NCBI GenBank assembly: GCA_045106895.1
Contig: JBGCFM010000189.1
Coordinates: 1 to 10,450 of the forward strand
DNA length: 10,450 nucleotides
Reading direction: 5' to 3'
Origin: Polyangiales bacterium
GTDB lineage: Bacteria > Myxococcota_A > Polyangia > Polyangiales > Houyiibacteriaceae
The first letter of the stretch is position 1. Each line of letters starts with the position of its first letter. Shown here piece by piece: positions 1-7,077 of the stretch. The notes below the pieces were generated by a model. The model was not told the DNA's origin and did no database searches. It worked only from the letters and a program-made list of their open reading frames with translations. Both the position numbers and the translations under genes were made by a program.

Positions 1-48
1 GGGCACGTGTTCCAGTCCGGCAAGTTCGCGCAATAGCCGTCCGACGAA

Positions 49-1272
49 ATGAGTCTTGATGATATCCGCTGGGCGACGGAGCTTGTCTCCGAGCTAGTGG
101 AGGCTGTTGGCGAAGACGTGGTTCTGCGAGCGCCACTGCTCTTGCCCATCGCTGAGCACTTTCCGGATGTCATCGAAGAAGGTGCTGTTGGGGCGCGCCA
201 ACTCATCCGGCGCATGATGCGGCACGCATCTCTTGGGCATCTGCGAGTCGACGTCGACTACGCGAGTTCCGAAGAGCACACCCCTGAAACCGGCGCCCCC
301 ATCGAGTTCATCGGGTGCTCGGACGAAAAAGACGTGGCGTTCTTCTCCATCCATGCGCTTGAGTCCGTGGATGTCGCCACGGAGTTTCTATGCTTCGAGG
401 TGGGCCTCGCGTATGGCGCGCACCACGGCCTCGTCGCCGGCCTGTCCAATCAAGAAGCCCTCGACCTCGACTACGCCGATCCCGACTTGGCACTGCTGGA
501 AAAACGAGCGGCGGTCTATGCCTACTGTCTCGGGCTAGGAGTCATCGCGCTCAACGGAGTCGAGCACTTTCAAAAGTCTGGCCACCTCGAAGGGACAATG
601 GCGCACACGTACTGGCGAACGACGAGGGCCGGTGCCCTCGACTCTCAGCAGAGCGCGACGCTCTTGGCCCTTTGGACCGTTCTTCGCGACTCGCCGAAGC
701 GCGAACTCAAGAGCATCGCTGCGCATCTTCGTCCGAACCAACGGGCCGTGTTTCGGAAGGCTCGACAGCGACTCACACAGATTCCCCGGCGCGATGTCCT
801 CGCGAGTGCCGGGTTCTCACTGGAGAGTTCGTGGAGGTCGCCGCGCAGTGTCGACACGGAAGTACTCGAAGTCGAAGAGCAAGACGCGGACTTGGCCGAA
901 GCAGAACTGGATGCTCTGGATGCTCTGGACGCTCGTCGCCTCGTATATCGGATAAGCGAACGACGGGGGAGTCCCGTCGTGATCACGACCGTCTGCGTGC
1001 CCGCCGTTTTGGCGTTGGCCATCGTCGGGCCCGGCGTAGGGACCGCACTTGGACTCTGCGCGGCGGCCGGCGCCACCTACTACTTTACGCGCAAGCATTC
1101 CTATTGCTCGGATGGTGATTGCGGACGCTCTCTCAGCGCAGACGATGAGGTGTGTTCGGGGTGCCAAGCGCAGGTCGCCGGTGATGTGGGCTCCCGCCTC
1201 GAAGCTCTCGACTTACCGATTCGGCAGGAGCTCCCCTCGCAGTCGCCATACCGTTCTCCTGGCCACGAATAG
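49..1272 (+). CDS. Hypothetical membrane-anchored protein; possible degenerate zincin-like N-terminal domain, hydrophobic hairpin, C-terminal Cys4 (zinc-ribbon-like) motif
   Basis: 407-aa ORF; an in-frame TAG at 34-36 bounds the start. Hydrophobic stretch VVITTVCVPAVLALAIVGPGVGTALGLCAAAGATYYF is followed by CSDGDC-x10-CSGC (1105-1164). No obvious RBS. Confidence 0.75.
   Translation: MSLDDIRWATELVSELVEAVGEDVVLRAPLLLPIAEHFPDVIEEGAVGARQLIRRMMRHASLGHLRVDVDYASSEEHTPETGAPIEFIGCSDEKDVAFFSIHALESVDVATEFLCFEVGLAYGAHHGLVAGLSNQEALDLDYADPDLALLEKRAAVYAYCLGLGVIALNGVEHFQKSGHLEGTMAHTYWRTTRAGALDSQQSATLLALWTVLRDSPKRELKSIAAHLRPNQRAVFRKARQRLTQIPRRDVLASAGFSLESSWRSPRSVDTEVLEVEEQDADLAEAELDALDALDARRLVYRISERRGSPVVITTVCVPAVLALAIVGPGVGTALGLCAAAGATYYFTRKHSYCSDGDCGRSLSADDEVCSGCQAQVAGDVGSRLEALDLPIRQELPSQSPYRSPGHE
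907..933 (+). repeat. 9-bp in-frame tandem repeat x3 encoding LDA-LDA-LDA
   Basis: ctggatgct ctggatgct ctggacgct read directly. Confidence 0.9.
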
Positions 1273-1320
1273 CGCCGCTTTTCGCTCACTGGAACACGAC
1301 CCGCTCGTGCATGATCGGCC

Positions 1321-1429
1321 ATGCATGGCCTTTGTCATCGCGTGGCCATCGGGTCCGCTGCATTCCTTTCCCATCGGGGTCTTCTCCGACGGTGCGAAGA
1401 GAGTTTCTGGTGGAAGCGAAAGGGCGTCG
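1321..1429 (+). pseudogene. Frameshifted, truncated 5' remnant of a paralog of the membrane-protein gene at 3354..3977
   Basis: Aligns by eye with 3354..3465, including an exact 27-nt match (cgtggccatcgggtccgctgcattcct, 1341-1367 = 3374-3400). The peptides MAFVIA, VAIGSAAFLSH, VFSDGAK and WWKRKGV are split across two frames by small indels; similarity stops at about 1429. Confidence 0.8.
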
Positions 1430-1779
1430 ATCCAATCAGCGGGTTAGCTATCAACCCCGACGCTGACCACGCTGACGAGCGCGCGTTCACCACTAGCGGA
1501 ACAATCGACCGCTTTTCGTCCGAAGCCGCAACAAATCACTTGTTCGATAGCCTGCTCTGCTTTGGTGAGTTGAATGCATCTTTGTCGGAAGATCTGCATT
1601 CGAACCGGTAGAGAGATTCACGCAGTTCGTTGCGCTCGCTCGAATGTCGAGAGTGAAAGTCTAGTGAAATCAATACCTTACGCATCAGCGTTGCGTTAAG
1701 TCACAAATTTGCCCGCCCGCTCGGATGACTGCAGGGTCTGCGCACTGTGCATGGTTCGAACACCACTCCACAGCTCATC

Positions 1780-1785
1780 AGGAGA
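1780..1785 (+). promoter_or_regulatory. Shine-Dalgarno site of the protease gene
   Basis: aggaga lies 5 nt upstream of ATG 1791. Confidence 0.7.
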
Positions 1786-1790
1786 CGCAA

Positions 1791-3278
1791 ATGAACGTTC
1801 AGAGACTTCACTTTACAGGGTTCATCGCAGCGCTTGGGTTTGGCACCCTCGCCGGCTGCACGGGTCAGCTCGCTAGCGTCGACGAGGACATCAAGGGTCG
1901 CGACATCGCCATCGTCGGAGGCAGCGCGACAACCATCGAGAGCGCCCCTTGGCAGGTTTCCCTTCGGCGATTCGGCGGCCACTTCTGCGGCGGCACGATC
2001 CTCAGCGACTCGTGGATTGTCACCGCGGCCCACTGCGTGGAAGACGGCGTGGACGGGGTCACCGTCGTCGCGGGCACAAGCACCGCCCGCGGCGCTGGCC
2101 AGTCGCGGAACATCGCCGGCGGCGCCATCGCGCCTGGGTACCAGCGACCCGAGTTCGGCAAAGACATCGCACTCCTTGAGCTCGACCGACCACTCTCCCT
2201 CGACGGCGTAAGAGCCGCCGCTGTACGCTTCACCACCGAAGCGGAGTCCGACTTTTTTGCGCCGGGTGTGAGCGCTCGCGTGACGGGTTGGGGCGCTCTC
2301 CGCGCAGGCGGCGGAAGCCCCAATCAGCTGCAAAGCGTCAACGTTCCCATCGTGACCCTCGCCTCCGCGGAGCGTGTGTACGGCCGACTGACCGAGGACC
2401 AGCTCGCTGCTGGCACCGCCCAAGGCGGACGCGACTCGTGCCAAGGAGACAGCGGCGGGCCGTTGGTGGTTCCAGGTCCAGACGGCAGCGCATGGCTTGC
2501 CGGCGTCGTTAGTTGGGGCTCCGGCTGCGGCTCACCCGGCGTGCCGGGCATGTACGTTCGCGTTGCCAGCTTCGAGAACTTCATTCGGGAGACGAGTGGA
2601 ATCGGCATCAACACAACGCCGCCGGACATTGGGACGCCGCCGCCTCCGCCCACGAACGCGCTCCGACCCGCCGCCGCCACCCAGAGCGACTCCCTCGCGC
2701 AGAACGAGGCTCATCTCTACGGGCCGGTGCGCCTTCAAGCCGGCGAGATGTTTCGGGCCACCACGCGCGGAACCGGTGATCCCGATCTCTATTTGGGTTT
2801 CGATGGCCCTCCCACGACCAGCGACTTCGACTGCCGTTCGTGGACCAACGGCGCCAGCGAGAACTGCGGCTTGGACACCACAAGTGCGAGAGATGTCTAT
2901 GTTCTTGTGAGTGGGTTTACGGCCAGCACTTACGTACTTGATATCGAGGTCCTCGGTGCGCCGCCAGTCGCGAATGAGCAGACCGGGAGTGCGAGCGGCG
3001 CCCTTGTGACGGGTGATAGCGTCGCGTTTCAGCCGCTCCGACTCGCCGGAGACAGCGAACTTGAAGTGTCCATCCGCGGTGACGGCGACGCAGATCTCTT
3101 TGTTCGCTTTGGCGCCTCGCCGACGGATGCGCTCTTCGATTGCCGACCCTTCCTGCAAGGAAGCAACGAGACCTGTAGCCTCACTGTGCCGAGCGGTGGC
3201 GCCGAAGCCTATATCGTCATTCAGGCCGCTCAGGCTGCTGACTGGCAGCTCGACGTTCGTTTTACGCCGGCCGACTGA
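1791..3278 (+). CDS. Trypsin-like serine protease (family S1), predicted lipoprotein, with a Pro-rich linker and two C-terminal PPC (pre-peptidase C-terminal) domains
   Basis: Lipobox LAGC after a hydrophobic signal; IVGG activation N-terminus; catalytic triad motifs TAAHC, DIALL, GDSGGP; S1-pocket Asp in RDSCQGDS; linker TTPPDIGTPPPPPT; repeats GTGDPDLY..FDCRSW..ENC and GDGDADLF..FDCRPF..ETC. Start moved from 1725 to ATG 1791 on the basis of the RBS. Confidence 0.95.
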   Translation: MNVQRLHFTGFIAALGFGTLAGCTGQLASVDEDIKGRDIAIVGGSATTIESAPWQVSLRRFGGHFCGGTILSDSWIVTAAHCVEDGVDGVTVVAGTSTARGAGQSRNIAGGAIAPGYQRPEFGKDIALLELDRPLSLDGVRAAAVRFTTEAESDFFAPGVSARVTGWGALRAGGGSPNQLQSVNVPIVTLASAERVYGRLTEDQLAAGTAQGGRDSCQGDSGGPLVVPGPDGSAWLAGVVSWGSGCGSPGVPGMYVRVASFENFIRETSGIGINTTPPDIGTPPPPPTNALRPAAATQSDSLAQNEAHLYGPVRLQAGEMFRATTRGTGDPDLYLGFDGPPTTSDFDCRSWTNGASENCGLDTTSARDVYVLVSGFTASTYVLDIEVLGAPPVANEQTGSASGALVTGDSVAFQPLRLAGDSELEVSIRGDGDADLFVRFGASPTDALFDCRPFLQGSNETCSLTVPSGGAEAYIVIQAAQAADWQLDVRFTPAD

Positions 3279-3317
3279 CGGTGCTCAATCGTCGACGCTA
3301 CGCGCTCAGGAGGCCAT

Positions 3318-3358
3318 GTGGAATAGAATACGTCCTCGCGTGATTGATCAGGCATGGT
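3318..3358 (+). repeat. Conserved upstream module, copy before gene 3354
   Basis: gtggaatagaa-N8-cgcgtgattgatca-N3-atggt; matches 3969-4010. Confidence 0.8.
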
Positions 3359-3977
3359 CTTTGTCATCGCGTTCGTGGCCATCGGGTCCGCTGCATTCCT
3401 CTCGCATGTGATCTTCTCTGACGGTGCAAAGGGCACTGGGGTCTGGTCGAAGCGACAGGGGGTCGCTCTCGGCGATTCCCCATACCGACAAGCTGAGTCG
3501 ATGGCAGAGGTTCCGCAGAACGCCCCGCTTTCGCTGCGCATCACGTGCTGGATCGCTGCGATGGGCGGCCTGGCTACGGTGGGTCTCCTCGCTCCCGCCG
3601 GTCTGCTCCTCGTCCTCGTGGCTCTCGACTACGCCACGGGCGTGATCCCGGTCCTCGTCCTCGCCGTGAGCCTCTCCGGCTTTCCAGCGGGGGTGATTCT
3701 CATTCGCGTCGCCCGCCGTGTCTTGCGCCGCCAGCCCCTCAGTGATTCCGCCTTCGCGTACCTCTTTACGCATCACGCGTGCGTGGCTGCCGTCATGTTC
3801 TTTCTTCAAGCGTCCTCCCGCGCGAATCTTCAGGTGTTTCCCTTCAGCTTTGCGGTTTGCTCGATCCTCTTCGCCCTCGTGATCACGATGAAGCAGTGGG
3901 CGCTGATTCCTGCGACTCCGGCTCCGACTCCGGCTCGTGAAGCACGACCAGGCGCGATGTTGGCCGACGTGGAATAG
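3354..3977 (+). CDS. Hypothetical multi-pass membrane protein (paralog 1)
   Basis: 207 aa with about 5 hydrophobic segments; collinear with 4006..4614 (DGAKxTGxW, SPYR, PQxAPxxLRxxCW, APAGL, SxSGFxAGVILxRVAR, FxYLxxHHACV). Confidence 0.85.
   Translation: MVFVIAFVAIGSAAFLSHVIFSDGAKGTGVWSKRQGVALGDSPYRQAESMAEVPQNAPLSLRITCWIAAMGGLATVGLLAPAGLLLVLVALDYATGVIPVLVLAVSLSGFPAGVILIRVARRVLRRQPLSDSAFAYLFTHHACVAAVMFFLQASSRANLQVFPFSFAVCSILFALVITMKQWALIPATPAPTPAREARPGAMLADVE
3913..3936 (+). repeat. 12-bp in-frame tandem repeat x2 in the Pro/Ala/Thr-rich tail
   Basis: cgactccggctc x2, encoding part of PATPAPTPAR. Confidence 0.85.
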
Positions 3978-4010
3978 AACCATCTCGCCGCGTCATTGAT
4001 CACCCATGGT
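3969..4010 (+). repeat. Conserved upstream module, copy before gene 4006 (includes the stop codon of gene 3354)
   Basis: gtggaatagaa-N9-cgcgtcattgatca-N3-atggt; 11/11 and 13/14 identity blocks versus 3318-3358. Confidence 0.8.
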
Positions 4011-4614
4011 TGGCCTGGTCCTGCTCTTCGTTGTCGCGACGCCCGCCGCCGCGCTCATCCTCACCTACCTCGTGTTCTTCGAGGACGGGGCCAAGGAGAC
4101 GGGGCGCTGGGGAGTGTCACGAGAGAAGGTCACCATCGGCGCCTCTCCTTATCGCGCTGGCGAGTCGACGAAGAAGATTCCCCAAGGCGCCCCGTTCTTG
4201 TTGCGCTTCGGCTGCTGGCTCTGCGCGATGGCGGGCGTGGTCACCACCGCCGTGTTCGCCCCCGCTGGCCTCATCTTGATGTTCCTGGTCACAGACCGAG
4301 GCTCCACAGGTCTGTCTGCGGTACCTGTGTTTCTGGTCAGCATGTCCGGGTTCGTGGCGGGCGTGATCCTCGTTCGCGTTGCGCGCCAAATCACCCGCGC
4401 CGAAGGCGTGAATTCAGCGCACTTCCACTATCTCTACGTTCACCACGCCTGCGTCGTCGGCACGATGCTCGTCGTCGACGCCTTCGCCTACGGGCACTTT
4501 CACCTCTCGGGGACTTGCGCGCTGATCTGTGGCGCGATCATCGCACCCCTGATGCTTGTTCACTCAGCGGCGAAGGCCCCCGACGAAAGGGGGCCCGGCG
4601 CAGAACGGGTCTAG
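4006..4614 (+). CDS. Hypothetical multi-pass membrane protein (paralog 2)
   Basis: 202 aa with about 5 hydrophobic segments; shares the ordered motifs of 3354..3977. Confidence 0.85.
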   Translation: MVGLVLLFVVATPAAALILTYLVFFEDGAKETGRWGVSREKVTIGASPYRAGESTKKIPQGAPFLLRFGCWLCAMAGVVTTAVFAPAGLILMFLVTDRGSTGLSAVPVFLVSMSGFVAGVILVRVARQITRAEGVNSAHFHYLYVHHACVVGTMLVVDAFAYGHFHLSGTCALICGAIIAPLMLVHSAAKAPDERGPGAERV

Positions 4615-4695
4615 AGCGCATCTCGCAACTACGTACGGCCAATCGCGGCCGGAGCACGCCGCCTTCGCTCATCCCCTCAGCTCAAAAATGCACCA

Positions 4696-6438
4696 CTAGC
4701 CGCGAACGGCGCTGAAAAGCAGCGTGGGAATCTTGAGTGGTGAGCCGCTCGCGTAGAGGTCCGTGAGCTTTCGTCCGACCTCGTGGGAGGTCTTGTTCGT
4801 GATGAACCAAGCGGGCTTCGGGAACACCGTGAAGGGGCCGCGAACGACGGTCTTTTCGGGACGGTCGAAGAGGTAGGTGTTGTGGACCACGCCGCGTCCG
4901 CTGCGAATGTCCTCGTCCGTGTGCCCCGGGAACGCGCCCCAACATGTCGACACGAAGGCGTAGCTCAAGGCAGCCCAGTGGTTGACGATGACGGAGCCAA
5001 AACGAAGGTTCGCAATGGCGTCGTCGACGGCCTTGGCGACGCGTGGGTCCTTGAGGGAACTCGGGTGCACGATGATGGACGCGCTGAGGGTGCCCCAGAG
5101 CGTGTCGTTGGCGAAGTCCACGGCCTTGTTGATGTAGTCCACGACGTCCGTCGCAGGGATCGCGACCTCGCTCGTGACGCCGCACCATGCTTCGGTGGTG
5201 AAGCAGAGCTCGTCCTTGTTGTCTGGGCTCAGCCCTTCGATGAGCGTCCAAGGCACTCGGCCTTCGCCCGCGGGGCCAAACTGGTGTGCGTCGGGGTGCG
5301 CCTTCATGAACGCGTCGTGACGGTCTTCGGCACCGGGGTAGTAAGGGAAGCGTTCTTCGGCGATGACGAAGGCGTTCTTCACAGCATCGAGGAGACCGCG
5401 GCGTTGACCCCAGCCTTCGTGGTTCACGACGACACGCGTCGCGTTGCAGTTGAAGCCGGCGTTGTTCGTGAGCGAGGACGCGATGTTTACGCCGTGGAAC
5501 TCAAGCTCCTTCGCGGTCCACGGGCCGGGCACCACGATGATGGGGCTGACGTTGCCAAGCTCGCTCGTGACGGGGCGCTCGTTGCGCTTGTCGCCCTTGC
5601 TCTTTCGTTCTTCGCCTTCTTTGCCGAGGCCCCAGACGATGGCGTCGTGGGTCTTGTCAGAGCCCGTGATGTGAATCGTGTCGACGTGCTCGTGGTTGCA
5701 GAGGTAGTCCCCGATGGCGGCGCCGCCGTAGACGATGCGCATGTAGCCGCGCGTGACGAGCTCACGGCAGGCCTCCTCCATGATGGGGCCGAGGTACTCA
5801 TTGACGGGGTTCATCTTGAGGAGAACCACCTCGCCCTCGGCGAAGAGCTTGTAGAGCGCGTCCATGGGACCGATGGAAGAGACGTTTCCGGCGCCGAGAA
5901 CCAAGCCGACTTTGGCTTCCGGTTTTGGGTTTTTGTAGAAGACGCCCATCGTGTCTGCGAGGTTGGCTTTGGTCACCGATGAGTCCATCCAGACTTCTGC
6001 GGTGAAGCCCCCGAAGAGGACCTTGTCGAGGGTGTCCGTGGGGAAGACCTGGGCGACGACCTGGCCGCCGGGGCGCGTCGTGACTTCGCCGGGGAGCTTC
6101 GCGCCGCCCTGGTCACGGATCTCCTCGAGGGTGCGCGTGAGCAGACGAATGTTGCGCAGCAGAACAGCGGGCCCGCCGAGCCACTCTTCGGCTTCGTCCG
6201 GTGTTCCAAGCCTGATCTGCTTGGCTTTGCAGCCAGCCTGAACCCATCGCTCGGCGATGGCGTAAGTGCTGGCGCGGAGGGACTCAAGGATGTCGAGTCG
6301 CGCCGACAGCCCAAGGCTTGCCCACTCCGCGGCGTTGTCGCGCAGGACCGCGAGGGCTCCGTCGCACTCGCTCTGGCTCGTCGGCGGGATCTGGCTCTGG
6401 GCTTCGGGAATGGCGGCTGAGCCGTGCTGCAGATTCAT
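4696..6438 (-). CDS. Aldehyde dehydrogenase family protein (NAD(P)-dependent)
   Basis: 580 aa; GAGN (oxyanion Asn), LKMNP, ITGS, SELGNVSP (catalytic Glu), AGFNCNA (catalytic Cys), EAWCGV, WGTLSASI; strong GC3 bias; GGAG RBS 6 nt upstream of the ATG. Confidence 0.93.
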   Translation of the reverse strand: MNLQHGSAAIPEAQSQIPPTSQSECDGALAVLRDNAAEWASLGLSARLDILESLRASTYAIAERWVQAGCKAKQIRLGTPDEAEEWLGGPAVLLRNIRLLTRTLEEIRDQGGAKLPGEVTTRPGGQVVAQVFPTDTLDKVLFGGFTAEVWMDSSVTKANLADTMGVFYKNPKPEAKVGLVLGAGNVSSIGPMDALYKLFAEGEVVLLKMNPVNEYLGPIMEEACRELVTRGYMRIVYGGAAIGDYLCNHEHVDTIHITGSDKTHDAIVWGLGKEGEERKSKGDKRNERPVTSELGNVSPIIVVPGPWTAKELEFHGVNIASSLTNNAGFNCNATRVVVNHEGWGQRRGLLDAVKNAFVIAEERFPYYPGAEDRHDAFMKAHPDAHQFGPAGEGRVPWTLIEGLSPDNKDELCFTTEAWCGVTSEVAIPATDVVDYINKAVDFANDTLWGTLSASIIVHPSSLKDPRVAKAVDDAIANLRFGSVIVNHWAALSYAFVSTCWGAFPGHTDEDIRSGRGVVHNTYLFDRPEKTVVRGPFTVFPKPAWFITNKTSHEVGRKLTDLYASGSPLKIPTLLFSAVRG

Positions 6439-6566
6439 ACGTTTCTCCGGTTAGGGGCTACAACATGCGGTCCGCGACGCAGCGGCGCAATACCGCGGGC
6501 TGAAATCCAACACACCCGGGCCCGTTCGCTCTGGGTGCGCTCGTTGACGACTCGATGGGAACGCGT

Positions 6567-7019
6567 TCAGGAAGAGGGCGCACCCTGGGCCAGGTCGGGG
6601 CGCTCGGCGTAGAGTGCAGAGAGCAATGCTTCGCCTTTCTGACGTGGCAGGGCGTACACAAGCGTCTTTCCGTTCTCCCGATAGAATTCGATCCGTATGG
6701 AGACGAACGCGTTGTTTCGAATCACGTTGAACACCTGAACGCGGCGAATGGAGTTGAGCTCATCTCGGAGTAGGCTCACGAGCGCGTGCGCGTCGGGGGA
6801 GCGAAATGTCGAGGCGAGCATCGCGACTCCAGCCAGGACAATGAACGCGCCAAGCGCGAGGAGAATCGATTGCAGATCGTCCCGTCGGCTCGCTAGGCCA
6901 AACCACGAACCTGCCGCGATGGCGCCGCCAAGAGCGACAGGAATGGGCCACGCTTTGCGTCGAGCACGCTGGGCCTCTTGAACATACTGGAGAAGGACCT
7001 CGAACGTGCGTGACTTCAT
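6567..7019 (-). CDS. Hypothetical membrane protein (2 TM segments plus small soluble C-terminal domain)
   Basis: 150 aa; hydrophobic segments WPIPVALGGAIAAGSWFGL and ILLALGAFIVLAGVAMLA; fills the gap between co-oriented genes. Confidence 0.7.
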   Translation of the reverse strand: MKSRTFEVLLQYVQEAQRARRKAWPIPVALGGAIAAGSWFGLASRRDDLQSILLALGAFIVLAGVAMLASTFRSPDAHALVSLLRDELNSIRRVQVFNVIRNNAFVSIRIEFYRENGKTLVYALPRQKGEALLSALYAERPDLAQGAPSS

Positions 7020-7077
7020 CGGGTCAAGCTACGACATAAGCAGAGAGATCTTCCGTCAAAAAAGACAGGACTCAGAG

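Noticed and set aside
1..36. Possible 3' end of an upstream CDS (GHVFQSGKFAQ*)
   Set aside because: Only 11 codons are visible, too few to support a call.
390..1118. 242-aa alternative-frame ORF within gene 49..1272
   Set aside because: Arg/Ser/Gly-rich frame-shadow typical of GC-rich DNA; no motifs.
1441..1458. gggttagctatcaacccc as an integron attC-like or IS-end site near the repeat breakpoint
   Set aside because: Only a 5-bp stem, with GTT before AAC (opposite to attC order), and no partner at the other boundary.
1700..1712. Sigma54 -24/-12 promoter at gtcacaaatttgc
   Set aside because: Lacks the invariant GG, and the spacing is one base short.
1701..2444. 247-aa antisense ORF over the protease
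   Set aside because: Shadow of a well-supported gene.
3279..3326. Stop-codon readthrough of the protease into RCSIVDATRSGGHVE*, or similarity of this tail to the RSPGHE* end of gene 49..1272
   Set aside because: No recoding signal seen; the match to gene 1 is too short to distinguish from chance, and the exact DNA match is to the paralog 1 end.
1292..4010. CRISPR array or diversity-generating retroelement TR/VR explanation for the repeats
   Set aside because: No regular repeat-spacer period, differences are not adenine-specific and include indels, and no cas or reverse transcriptase gene is in the window.
4783..5982. 399-aa antisense ORF opposite the ALDH
   Set aside because: Expected from strong GC3 bias on the opposite strand; no recognisable motifs.
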